A stretch of 64,000 nt of DNA, from assembly GCA_009103225.1 (NCBI GenBank), contig RHPI01001715.1:772011-836010 (forward strand), written 5' to 3'. Position 1 is the stretch's first letter. The number at the start of each line of letters is the position of its first letter. A program made the position numbers and the translations under genes. The DNA is from Chlorokybus atmophyticus (lineage: Eukaryota > Plantae > Mesostigma and Chlorokybus algae). The notes beneath the pieces are model-generated. The model saw only the letters and a list, made by a program, of their open reading frames with translations. It was not told the DNA's origin and searched no databases. Of this stretch, positions 37,150-48,779 are shown in pieces.

Positions 37150-40100
37150 GCTTTAGCTTTCCTGCCTAGCACTGGTTGCAAAGATTTGCATTTGAAATAC
37201 AGCAATTAAAACTGTTCATCATTTGATTTGCGCAACTTCATTCAGGTTTAGCGCCTTATATATCCGGCTTGTCCGTTTAAAAGAAAGTTGTTATTTGAAA
37301 TAAAGTCAACTACAACTCTTATAATTGTGGAAGTTTTCTTGTAAATTGTACATATGCAGCTGTGTAGCTATGTACCGTCTCAAAGTGACTGTACTTATAC
37401 TTATACTTATACTATTACCTCCACAGATTAACCTCTCACAATGTGTTCTTTGAGCATCATTTACACACATTAGCATGATGCTCTAACCAATCAGCTGTGC
37501 TCGCAAAAAATGCTAATATAGGTACACATGCCTCATGCATAGCTAAAAACCACATGTGTTACATAATTGGTCAACTCCTTGTACTGCTAATGTACTTATT
37601 GATTAGCTACTTATAAAAGGCTAAGCATCCTTGATGCATTTCTCATGTCAAACCAGTGTGGGTCAGACTTTAATTATGGCAAAAATAACATTACACATGG
37701 CCACTTCAAAAACATGTATTGTCAGTGGGTTGAACGCCCGAAATTGTGTTATGGTTGATAATGTTATGATTGAATGAATGCATGGATTGTGGATATGGGT
37801 ATTATACATTTTATTATAATTATAATTGTGATTATGGATAGCTAAAAAATGATTCTATGGATTAACAGTCACAAGCTTACAATGTGTATAAACCCCTTTC
37901 GTGATTATGAAAAGGCTGGCGCCGTCCATTAAACAACTTGGGCACTAAATGAACATGCAATTTCGAAACATAAGNNNNNNNNNNNNNNNNNNNNNNNNNN
38001 NNNNNNNNNNNNNNNNNNNNNNNNNNNNNNNNNNNNNNNNNNNNNNNNNNNNNNNNNNNNNNNNNNNNNNNNNNNNNNNNNNNNNNNNNNNNNNNNNNNN
38101 NNNNNNNNNNNNNNNNNNNNNNNNNNNNNNNNNNNNNNNNNNNNNNNNNNNNNNNNNNNNNNNNNNNNNNNNNNNNNGGGAGGCTCCAAAGCTTTGGCAA
38201 GCTGAGCAAGTTTTTTTATATGCGCTAAAAAATTGCATTATCATATGCACAAGATATTTCACATCAAGCTTTTTCAGCATTCCATATCATTGTTCATATA
38301 CTTGCTGATAGTGACTAGCATGCTCATGACAACAATAAGTGACCGCTTTGCGTGGTTTCTCTTTATTCTCCATTATGTACTATCTGCGGCAATGCATGTT
38401 GCATATTAAACAAATAGCCATTGATTGTCAAACATCGTGTGAGGTGCGACAACAGGGTGTACATGCATGACAGCGCAACCTTAACAACTGAATAAGTGGA
38501 TGCTCGCTAGCATGCAACATGTTTGCAATTGGTGCATATCAATACATAGCTATTACGGCTATTAATACATAATACATACCTATTACGGCTCAATGGCGGA
38601 CATCATCATAGCTAACACCTTTATGCTTTGCACTTAGCAACAAATGCATCCGACATATTTACATCATTGCAAAGCAACCAATTACACGTAAATATAAACT
38701 TGTTAAAATATCAATACACTCCAAGTGTTCGGGAGGATACCTTAAGACATGATGCTGATCAAACTTCGTGCGTACACTATGCAATGATGCTGAGCATATG
38801 TAATGTCATACCATACCTTATATATGTTGCCTTATATCCTCGTGTTGATGAACCAATGGTTGAGCCATTGCTACATGCTGCCAGCTGTCCGCCCCACTTT
38901 TATTGCATAACAAAGCACGTAGCAGCAGATATAAGGTTGCCGGTATATGGCTTTGAGTAGAATATCAATTGCTGCCATTGTTTGTTGTGTCTACTCTGCT
39001 TGCCTTGCTATGCATCTCTGTCTGCGCACGCATGTTTGTGCATTATACCATGATCTATACCATATACTCATCATAAGGTAGGCACTTGAAATACTACATG
39101 CATATCGTAGCCATTTGCTCATCCTGTGCAAATGAAATCAATGTTGCTCCCGATGTGGTATGCACTCAGCGAGGTTAAATTGATGACTCATTGGTGATGA
39201 CGCTGGCCAAACCAACAAGTGAGGGACACCAGGTCAGCTTGTGACTGTACTTTACGATATGAACGTAGTGTATGAAATCTCACGCGATGCAAGATGTAAG
39301 TTATAATAGTTGCTAACTACAGTCTTACACTACTGTGCAAAGTTGGGCATGTACTATGACACTACGATCTGTCCTCTTCATAGGTAGGAGTTGTAATAGC
39401 TTTCACAATTGTCTGTACTTGTATTGACCGCGAAGGGCGTACCGATGGCAAGAAAACAATATTCCAATAAGCAAACCCGGGTGTTGCGCGTGACCTCACG
39501 ATCTAGTATATTATACGATCTAGACAATGTTAAAACACAGGTGCTATGTAACCGTTCAATTGCTACATGAATGCAATTGGACGGTAATGATCATCTGAAG
39601 TTGTGCGATCGAGACAACACAACGCTTACGCGTGTCGGCGCGATTGATGTATTACGCACATGATAAGTTAGGGTGTGGCGGGAGGGTCAACAACAAGCTC
39701 AGCCCCGTCCCCGCCGTCGCTGCTTTGCTCAAGCACAACAACAACAACTACTACTACTACCGCGTGCAAGCTTACAGCGCCGGCGCCCTGCGAGGTACGC
39801 TGCCTCAGCTACCAAGTGCGCGGCTCGGGGCTGTGACATTGGCATAGGGTGCAGGCTGAGGGCGTGTTCAACGCCTGCATGCATCCTCGGCGGTGGCAAA
39901 TTCACTAACTGCGGACGTTACGTGCTGTCAGCTAGTGACGTCCATAGTTGAGTATTGGCCAGTGTATGAGCTCAGAGGCTCTCACGCGATGTAAGATGTA
40001 GATTACAATGGTTGCTAACTATTGTCTTACACTCATGTGCAAAGTCAGGCATGTACTATGACACTATAATCTGTCCTTTTCAGTGGCAGGAGTTGTAACA

Positions 40101-40283
40101 GGTTTAGCAATTGTCTGTACTTGTATTGACTACTACCCTCCCTCTCAATATAAATTAGTAGACAACATTGCTAGAAGAGAACAATCGCGTCTGTACATGC
40201 CCAAAAGCAATCTGTCGACACATTGCATTGATTTACATAAGCAGTTGCGTCCACCATCCGTGTTACAAGTCACATGCGCAGGT

Positions 40284-41440
40284 ATGGACTTCGCATGGTC
40301 CCTTCAAGCTGATGCGGAGACCCGACACACACGGCGATTGCACGTCGGCAATTGGAGTCTACTGCAGCGCAACGTGCAGCAACGGGCCATGCTCGCCTTG
40401 GCCAATGTGGAGCGCATCAGTGCTGCAACCACTAGTGAGAATACGCGCGCTCGGCGGGAGCTTGTGTGGCGGAGGAGTTCATGGGCTACTTGCAAGCACT
40501 ACATGTTGCCGTGGCAGATGTCACTCCCACCATGACGGCCTATTCAACCGAGCATTGAAACGATGTGCACATCACCAAAGCCCGACGCAAGGATAAGAAT
40601 GGTGCACTTATGATATCTAACACCACCATTGAGGTGACTATTATGCATTTGAGCGCTGGTTTCAGGTGGCATGGTAATGTGGGCTCGTGGAGCACAAGTC
40701 ATCCCGCAGGCAACCCGTGCGAGTCTGTGGATGTGCCTAAGTATCGCGCTGGCTATGCGAAAGTGACCGCTCAAGCTGGCGTGCAGCCCGTGCCTGCCAT
40801 CATGGCAGTATGATACCGTTGGCTCATGCCGACATGAATATACTGGTATGCTACTTTCAGCGGCATGTAGAGTAATCGACCAGTGCGGGCCACTTATGAG
40901 AGCGCAGTCATTTGGCGTGACTACACATTGTGCATGTATTTGTGGTGCACATGGCAAAGAAGCAGTGAAGGTGCTTGCATAGAAATGGAACATATATATA
41001 TGGACGGCACAGAAGTCTGTACACAAGCCACCCACCTCAAGAACTATAGTGCAGGGCCGGTACAACCTATCAAAGTTTGCAAGAGCGACTTGAGTGTGGA
41101 GTTCTGCAAAGTGCTAGAGTTGTACTTGAGCCATGTACATGAGAGCCCCTTCAGCATCAAAAAAGGCCCCATCTTTCGTCCGCTAGCCCGCAACAAAAAG
41201 CACTGGGAGGAGCGCAGTATCAGCAGTGATTGCGCATATAACGCATTCGTCAAGCACACCAAAGAAGTGGCATCTATCGCCCTCACCTAGGACTGCACTC
41301 ATTCCGACGAGGTGGTGCGCAGCATGCGCTATGCACGGGTGTGTCCTTGGAAGACATTCAAGCTCAGGGGTTGTGGAAAAGAGCACAAAGTATGCATATG
41401 AACTTGCACAGGTATGTACCCCTGGTTCCCATGTAACGTA
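40284..41440 (+). pseudogene. Tyrosine recombinase (YR) of the DIRS-like element, frameshifted
   Basis: WRDYTLCMYLWCTWQRSSE (catalytic R), GPIFRPL, LGLHSFRRGGAQH (H-x-x-R), QGLWK and a downstream Y. Confidence 0.85.
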
Positions 41441-41599
41441 AGCCACAACATACGGATAGGATCCCGGGTTGATGGTATTGTCGGGTACCTTGGCGCCTTC
41501 GTAAACCAGTCCCTGTGCTTGCCCACATGACGCATGTCTCGCTTGCGCCAAGCCATGACAGTGCATGCCAACATACAGCAAAGTGCCATTCTTGCAGCA

Positions 41600-41860
41600 G
41601 CACGATAGCTGCCAGCTATCGTGCTGCTGCAAGAATGCTAAAATGATGCAATTGCTTGATGCAGGAGGGCGAACGGAGGGTGAAACCATAACAGTCCCTT
41701 GCTCGCTTCTATCCTAGCTTGCCTCCAATCGGAGGTGAGTGCATTGCCCACGCTGTCCGGCATCGGCACAGCCGACATAAACGCTGCAAATTTTGCGTTC
41801 CAATCCGCTGCAAACACATCCAGAAAAGGCTTGCCAATAGGGATTAGATCCCAGGAGACA
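41600..41860 (-). pseudogene. Dam-like N6-adenine methyltransferase domain following RNase H
   Basis: PFLDVFAADWNAK..GNALTSDW..LWFHPPFALL corresponds to the DLFA..N.K and (N/F)PPF motifs of the DIRS MT domain. Confidence 0.75.
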
Positions 41861-44084
41861 CCTACGCAGTGGGTGTGTCTGCGAATGCCCAATCCCTTTG
41901 TCCGGCTGCTTCGAGAGCGCATCCTCAGCTGCCAAACTCACACGTGGCTCCCAAGCCATAAAGACCGGCAAATCTCTTTCCCAAGAAACCTGCCATAAAC
42001 GGTGCAATGCGAATTGCACAGCTTGGTGCGATGTTGTCAACTTTATTAGCATGGCCACGGCGGGCTGGCAATCGCCAACAATTCTCACAATGGCATGATG
42101 CAATGCTGGTTATTATTGTATCAACTCTACAAAGACAGCCACATATGCAAATGCCTCCTTCACTGCTGAAGGTAGACCTTGTTGCCAAAGAGCAAAGTTC
42201 CCCGCCATCGCCGCCCATGGGCCTATAGCATCCCAGCCCATGGTGCCAGACGCATCCATGCGCAACTCATGTGCCACTGGCGGCTTCCAGCACGCCGAGC
42301 CATTATATGCCGGCATGCTTCGCTGCAGCCACAACAAAAAGTCAACAACGGTGGTGGTGTAAACTCTTCATCCCTGTCACTCTGATTGGTGGTCAGCTGT
42401 AGCAGCAAGCGCGCATACGGTAGCTAAGGCCAATGTTATTGCCACTAGTTTGCCTGCTACCTTTGCTAACATGCGCTTGGTGATCACGTTTGTGCTCATC
42501 ATCTTGTGCATCAGCTCCCATAACTTCTGTGACGTGGTAGGGGGTATGCAGAACACACCACGCTCGGTGTTCAAGAGTAGGCTCAGTAGCTTGACACACT
42601 GTTGCGACCAAAGCACGCACTTTGTTAGGGTGACAAACATGCCCAGAAGTTTCAGTAGCCGCAATAATTGCATGATGCGCCAGCACATGTGGCGGCGATC
42701 GGCATGGCTGAGGTGCATGTCATCAATGTATGATAAACAGCCTATGCCGAGCTTACGCAAGGGTTTGAAGATTGTAGATATTAGCTTTGCACATAGCCAT
42801 CAAGAACAAGCTCAGCGCCGCCGCCGCCGTCGCTGCTGCTCTGCTCAAGCATAACAACAACAACTACTACTACCACTACGGCGTGCAAGCTTACAGCGCC
42901 GGCGCCCTGCAAGGTACGCTGCCTAAGCTATTGAGAGCGCGGCACGGGGCTGTGACATTGGCAGAGGGTGCAGGCTGAGGGCGCGTTCAATGCCCGCTGC
43001 ATCTTTTGCGGTGGCAAATTCAACAACTGCCAACGCCACGCGCTCAGTCAGGGACGTCGGCAATTGAGTATTGGCCAATACAAGTACAATACAAGGCACA
43101 TCATGGTCCTTGCAGGTAGAACATGGTCTCTTACAGCTACCAGTACGGCTGCTAGTATAAGAGTACGGCAGATTGCAATATAAGAACGATATGTTTTACC
43201 TCACGCATGTTGACGGCTGTAATTTTGTCGATACTGCTCCTAACTAAAAGCATACAGATATCAACGCCCGGTAAAGTTGGCATCACACAAGTGTGCCTAC
43301 GACGTGTTGCCTCTCGTCCATTAAGGGCCGCGCCGATGCAATATCAAACAACATGCGGCCCGCTTAGCGCTGACGCAACGACCGTTGATGACTCAGCGTT
43401 GGAGTTGCCCACCCTCAGGCGTGCGTGGTCCCACGCACAATGTATGGGTCCCTAAGTTCGACAGGATGTTTTGGGGCCCTCTTCCGCACAACCCAAATAC
43501 TGACTAGTGAAGTTTAATGATACAATGTGCACCGGGTCATTTATCACAAATGGCGTTGATGTTAGTCCAGAGTTTGGGGTACATCATTTGTGTGCTGTGA
43601 CCTGGACCAAACCGTCGTTTAATCGGTGTCCATTGCAGCTGGTTTGTAGCAATCATTGACTGTATATTGTGGAAGACCAGTGTCCGACTGAGCCCATGTC
43701 ACGCTGAGACTCTTAGCCGAATATTAACTATTTTCTTCGACTCGCAAAAAGTCTGCTCTTGTAGCTGCACAAGCGTGGGCATTATCGTAACGGTGACGCC
43801 ACCACTAGCGCATACAGCCCTGCAAGCGGGACCGGACCAAGGACGCAGGGTATGCAAGTGCATGCGTTTGCCTTTCTGTGTGTAGGCAGAGAAGATGTTC
43901 AACTTCAAGTCGAGAGCGTGTGCACTAAGCATGCCATTAGCAAGCAGCTTGCTTGCTCTGTCACTCGCTTGGCCGCCGCATGGGAGGGGCAGTTGCCTGC
44001 TGCAGGAGGCGCTACTCCGCGCTCTGTTTGCCCCTGCTGCGACCGACAAAGGTGAGACAAGACGCTGCCCTTCCCCGCCGCCCN

Positions 44085-44830
44085 TTCCAAGTCCATAGTT
44101 CGGAGCTCTCGCCTGGCAGCAGCCACCTTGTCTCGCACAGCAGCGTTTAGCCTCGCCTCTGTCGAGAGGAGGAAGAGGCGATTGCCTCACAAGCCTGACG
44201 CGCCCCGAGCAGCAGCTCCTCCACACGCCCCCCTCCCCCTCCCCTCGCACGTGTCGCGCAACTATTCTTGCTTGTTGGTCGGTTGGTTGGAGGAGGAAGG
44301 CACCGCATATTGTGTGTTTTCGCATGTTGAACGATCTAGCATGTGCAAATTAGTCATGTGCCAGCTTGCACATGATTGACAAGTCCGGCATGCGCGTGTA
44401 TGCATGTGGCACAGGAGCACTTAACAACAGAACAACTTCGTGTCCTGCTCATCAACGCCACCAACAACATGCATCCCACCAGCAAACACCACAACCGCCG
44501 CCGCCGCCGCCGCCACCGCCGCCGCTACTAGCCGCAGCACATTTCTTCAGCTGTGTTGCACAGCACAGCTGAAGAAAGCTGTGGGCACAGCGGCGAAGGT
44601 CGTGGTGGCGCAGGAGGAGGAGGAGGATTAACAGGGGACGGAGACGGTTCTCGGCCCGCATGGTGGTGTGCCATGGAGAGGGTCAGGCGTGTGGAGGAGC
44701 TGCTGCTCGGGGCGCGTCAGGCTTGTGAGGCAATCGCCTCTTCCTCCTCTCGACAGAGGCGAGGCTAAACGCTGCTGTGCGAGACAAGGTGGCTGCTGCC
44801 AGGCGAGAGCTCCGAACTATGGACTTGGAA
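44085..44830. repeat. 145-bp inverted repeat (44085-44229 and 44686-44830), derived from SEC20 exon 1; 456-bp spacer
   Basis: The left arm read by eye is the reverse complement of the right arm (GGCGTGTGGAGGAGCTGCTG...GAACTATGGACTTGGAA). Confidence 0.92.
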
Positions 44831-45440
44831 GCGCAGCAAGACATGTACGCTCTGCGAATAGGTGTATTAGTGGTATGGACAGTGCTTCGCTGACTTGACT
44901 ATTGCAAACATTGTCTTTATACGAAACGCTACCAAACTTTTATTCTTAAACTCTTAACCTGGTGAAGCTGCCCTGTCACAAAATATTTATAAATATTAAT
45001 TGCGCCGTTTACGTATAAGCCTTTTTATTGTTAATCGCTAACAACTACACATTTTCAATCCATGTCCGCATTGCAGACTGTCGAGTTTCCTCACAGTGCA
45101 TGCTATGAGTAGTATGCGATGCCTGGATTGATATTGCTTCAAAGTGTTGCCTCTGTAGCTATAACAGTTGTAACGGTGCGTATGCCCCTTCTGATCGTCA
45201 GGCACACCTGTTTGTGCAGGGAGAGCGACCGCTATGCGATGCTCGTTGTATGGAAATCATTTGCAAGAACACTTGACACGTAACGCCTCCGCGTCTGTTG
45301 TTCCGATGCAAAATCGTTGTATTGAGTGTGATTTGCGCTTGATTGTCATTGTAACACATAACCAATTTCACAGGCTACGTGTATTGCTAAAAAATAGCAA
45401 CCTGCAAGCAACGGTGAACAGCGAGCTACAGCGACAAGTA
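44490..45440 (+). pseudogene. SEC20: Partial genomic duplicate of SEC20 (5'UTR, exons 1-3 with introns), frameshifted
   Basis: Similar to 35185-36121: ACAACCGCCGCC, GCTGAAGAA..GTGGGCACAGCGGCG, RVEELLLGARQACEAIASSSS, CAG|GGAGAGCGA (45220) and CAG|GCTACGTGTA (45372). A deletion in exon 1 shifts the frame into TAA. Confidence 0.9.
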
Positions 45441-45727
45441 TACTCTCAATAACTAACTGGCATTGCTGAATTATACCGCAGCATGCGCTGCTTATTCGGA
45501 ACAGTCGCAGACTGACGTGATTGTTGTTGCAGCCTAGTGCACTGTTGGTGGGAGCCTTGGACACAATGCGTGTTGCGCAATCGGGAGGGACAAACCATGG
45601 ACAATGTATTTATAACTTGTGTAGTTTGTAATACTGTAGTATTTCACGGTTTTGGAAACAACCATTTCCAAAACCGTGAAATACTACAGTATTACAAACT
45701 ACACAAGTGGGAACTCGTCAAGCTACA

Positions 45728-45941
45728 TGTAAAGCCACCCCAGGCTCGAGCACTTAGCTCTCACCTATGAAGCGTCATGCACTCTACTTAGTGCGCACTC
45801 ACACACAAGTGTTAGCACCGTGCATACAATCACACAAACAAGTGCAAGCACGTCCTCCAAGTGTACACACTCACACACAAGTGCTACATAAGGACAAGCG
45901 TCCACACCTTGAGGTTGAAGAGCTTTGGCACCCCCTTGAAC
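45728..45941 (-). repeat. Terminal 214 bp of the outer-element LTR (ends ...GGTGGCTTTACA on minus)
   Basis: Homologous to 62822-63072 and to the reverse complement of about 60085-60268. Confidence 0.9.
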
Positions 45942-46695
45942 AAGTATCTTATATGAAGGATTGATGACCTGTTCGATCAATTTGGCAAAGCAAAGATGTT
46001 TAATGCATTGCACTTGACGGCGGGGTACTCATCATATCAGAATTACTAAAGAGGACACTCGTAAAATCGCCTTCAGAGCACCTAAGGGACATTTGCAATA
46101 CAAAGTGTTGCCGTTTGGTTTGACCAATGCACCCGCTACTTTTCAAGCGGTTATGAACCACATTCTTGCTCTCTACATCAACAAGTTTGTGCTCATCTAT
46201 GTAGACGACATTTTTGTGTATAATGAGAATGAGGAGGAGCATACTGAGCACCTCCAACTGGTGTTTGACATACTACGCAAGCACAAGTTCTATGCTTGCT
46301 TAAAAAAATGTCGCTTCTTTCAAGAACAGGTGTTGTTTCTTGGTCAAGATGTTAGTATCGGCACAGTCAAGGCCGACCTACAAAGGTAGGCGTGGTAAAG
46401 GAATGGCCTTCACCAAAGAATGTGTCCAACTTGCGGTCATTCTTCAACCTAGCCAACTACTTTAGGCGCTTTATCCTAAGGTACTCGGCCAAAGCAACAC
46501 CGCTCACCAAGTTGTTGAGCAAAAACATCAAATGGAGTAGTGAAAAACACAACAAAGAGTCTTTAATGGCATTAAAGATGCATTGATGAATGCACCGGTG
46601 TTGCAAATGCCGGACCCTCCTCCCAACCCTTCGAAGTGAGGAGTTATGCTAGCTTGTACGGCACCGGTGCGGTGTTGTTGCAAGATGGACATCCC
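45942..46695 (+). pseudogene. Outer element reverse transcriptase core and start of RNase H
   Basis: RIDDLFDQ, VLPFGLTNAPATFQ, LIYVDD, LRSFFNLANYFRRFI and GTGAVLLQDGHP, with stops and frameshifts. Confidence 0.93.
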
Positions 46696-46929
46696 TGTCG
46701 GGTTGAGGGGAGTCGAGGGTCACACTATCTCGGGCCGCTACAGGAAGAGACATGCTTGCTAGCCCTGTCGCTGCAGCATGTTATAACATGTAGCAACAGT
46801 AAAAGATAACCCAACTCGTATGGCGAGGAGTTCTTGGTGGAGCTGCTCCGCTGCCGCTGAGTCACACGGACATGTGGAGGCGGTGTCCTCCTTAGTGTAC
46901 ATGCTGTGCTGTAGGACATACAGTCAACA
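46696..46929 (-). repeat. Putative 3' LTR (234 bp, TGTTGA...CCGACA on minus) preceded by polypurine tract
   Basis: On minus, AGAGAGAAGCTTAGGGGGGGTGGCT is immediately followed by TGTTGAC. No matching second copy was found. Confidence 0.55.
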
Positions 46930-46983
46930 AGCCACCCCCCCTAAGCTTCTCTCTGAGGAGGTTCCCGCTCCAGAGCTCAGCTG

Positions 46984-48330
46984 TTAACGTTGGTGAGGAG
47001 GACCGTTGGTGCGGCAATCGTCGCACCAGTACTCCTCCATGGGTATTGCGTCCAATGGGGGCTCCAGACAGTAGCAATGCAGGCCCTTGTTGCAACCATT
47101 GCTGAGCATCATGAGTGCGTCGTCGCCGGCACTGCCGCAGCGTTCACAGCGTGTGCTGCGGGCAGGGCGAGGGTGGTGGATGCGCGCGAAGCCCGCTATG
47201 TAAGGAAGGTGACATGGCACGCAGTTCACCATGTTGTCTTTCAACCTCTCTCCATTCTGACCAAAGAGGTCCAGCACTCCTGTGGGGTACACCTTGAGTA
47301 CCTTGTAGACGGTGCGGCCCACGAAGGTGTCGAGCGTGTCTTTGGTGACTGTCATGCGGTAGGCAAAGTCCCCTGTTGAAACCGCTGTTGGCGCTCCTTG
47401 TAGAAGCCGCTCCGCACGCGCTCGTAGCGCAGGGTGTCGCGGTGCTGTGCGATGCGCAGGTTGTTGAAGGCCACCAGGACGGTGTGCTCGAATAGCGTGG
47501 CGCGTGTGGTAATGGTTGTGGTGCATCCAGTCGGGATCGTCGAGGTTGTTCACCACACGGTCTACTTCCTGCTGTGCACGAAAGGGAAGCAATGGCGGAC
47601 GCGCGAACAGCAAGTAGTATGGGCTGTACTCGTGCAGAGCCGCCTGCTTTGACAATTGGTAACCAAGAGCCACCCACGGAAGGTGGTCGTCCCAGGTGTT
47701 CTCCTTATACTCCAGCACGTACTGACGGAGTGCCTTCTTGATAGTCTGTACTGTCCGCTCGGCGAGACCGTCGGCTTGAAGGTGGTCGCGCGAAGTACGG
47801 CGATGATCAATGTAGCATCTGTCCAGCAGGGTGTCGAACTCTCCTCTGAATTTAATGCTCTGGTTGGTGATGACCTCAGCGCAGCTGCCAACCCGGCTGG
47901 GGACATGGGAGAGGAAGGGTTGAGACACCCCCCTGTTGCTCTTATTGGGTAATGGCACCAGCTCCACCCATTTGGGGAAGTGCTCGATTATGACCAGGAT
48001 GTAGCGGTTGCCCCGTGCCGAGGGTGCCAAGTCCCAAGATGTCGAATCCCCAGCGATATAACAGCCCAAAGATGGGGAGAAGGTGCAAAGTGGCGCTGCG
48101 TGTGTTGGGCTGGCGCCGCCATGTCACACTGCTGGCAGCGATCAACGAACCCCTGCACCTGTTTGAACAGCCCATACCACCAATATTGCGCCCTCACCAG
48201 GCTGAAGGTACGCTTGACACCGAAGTGTCCAAGCTCAGTGTGGAGGGCAGCGATGATGCCCTTGCGTGTGGCTAGTGTTGGCACCTCCTTGTCCTCGACT
48301 TGGACGCGGCGGTACACCTTGTCATCCGCC
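46984..48330 (-). pseudogene. Integrase (HHCC zinc domain + rve core) with C-terminal PHD finger
   Basis: LHTELGHFGVKRT..YWW..CQQC, WDL, GNRYILVIIEHF, DGLAERTVQTIK, then CERC..L(S)NGC..LHCYCLEPPL..PMEEYWCDDC (about 47165-47010). Confidence 0.9.
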
Positions 48331-48779
48331 CACCGATAGTGGCGGATGCGTTGACTGACACGATCTTTCTCTCGTGCACTCATGTTGGAGGGAAGTTGGC
48401 CACTTTGAAGAAAGGAGAGTGATGACTTGTTCAGCCACGAAATCTGCTTGATGCCGGTGGGTGCCAGCTCGGTGTTGTCGACTTCGATGTCGACCGCGTG
48501 GACGTCCCCCAAGGGTGTGATCACTGTGGGGTCGGTAAACTTAAGGGCAGGAATCTCCTTTGTCGCTGAGGTGGTGTTGATCCGGCGCCCTGACCGTAAT
48601 GCGGCAACAGCAAACATGGCCGCCACGGTGGGAGCTGCTGCTGCGGGGCCGAGCTCGTGCCGAACATCCGGTTGCATTGTTGGTGCTGCGGTGAGGGTTG
48701 CGACTGAGGCCATCAGCATCCTGGTTGGTGAGGCCGGCGCGGTGGTCGATCTTGAAGTCATACTCCTGCAACAATTGGG

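Larger units (their letters stand above)
39267..43077 (-). mobile_element. Degenerate DIRS-order (PAT/kangaroo-like) tyrosine-recombinase retrotransposon with split direct repeats; gag and RT 5' half deleted
   Basis: Minus strand: RT remnant (LRKLGIGCLSYIDD, about 42790-42400), RNase H (DASG..GW, KEA, IVGDCQPAV, DALSK) and MT domain. Plus strand: tyrosine recombinase. Direct repeats X at 39692-39961/42805-43077 and Y at 39267-39428/39961-40130. Confidence 0.85.

Noticed and set aside
39267-40130. CRISPR-like or satellite array
   Set aside because: Only two diverged copies of each long repeat; they fit DIRS split direct repeats, and the DNA is eukaryotic.
43690-44050. Exon-like fragments left of the SEC20 inverted repeat
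   Set aside because: Stops in all frames and no recognisable homology.
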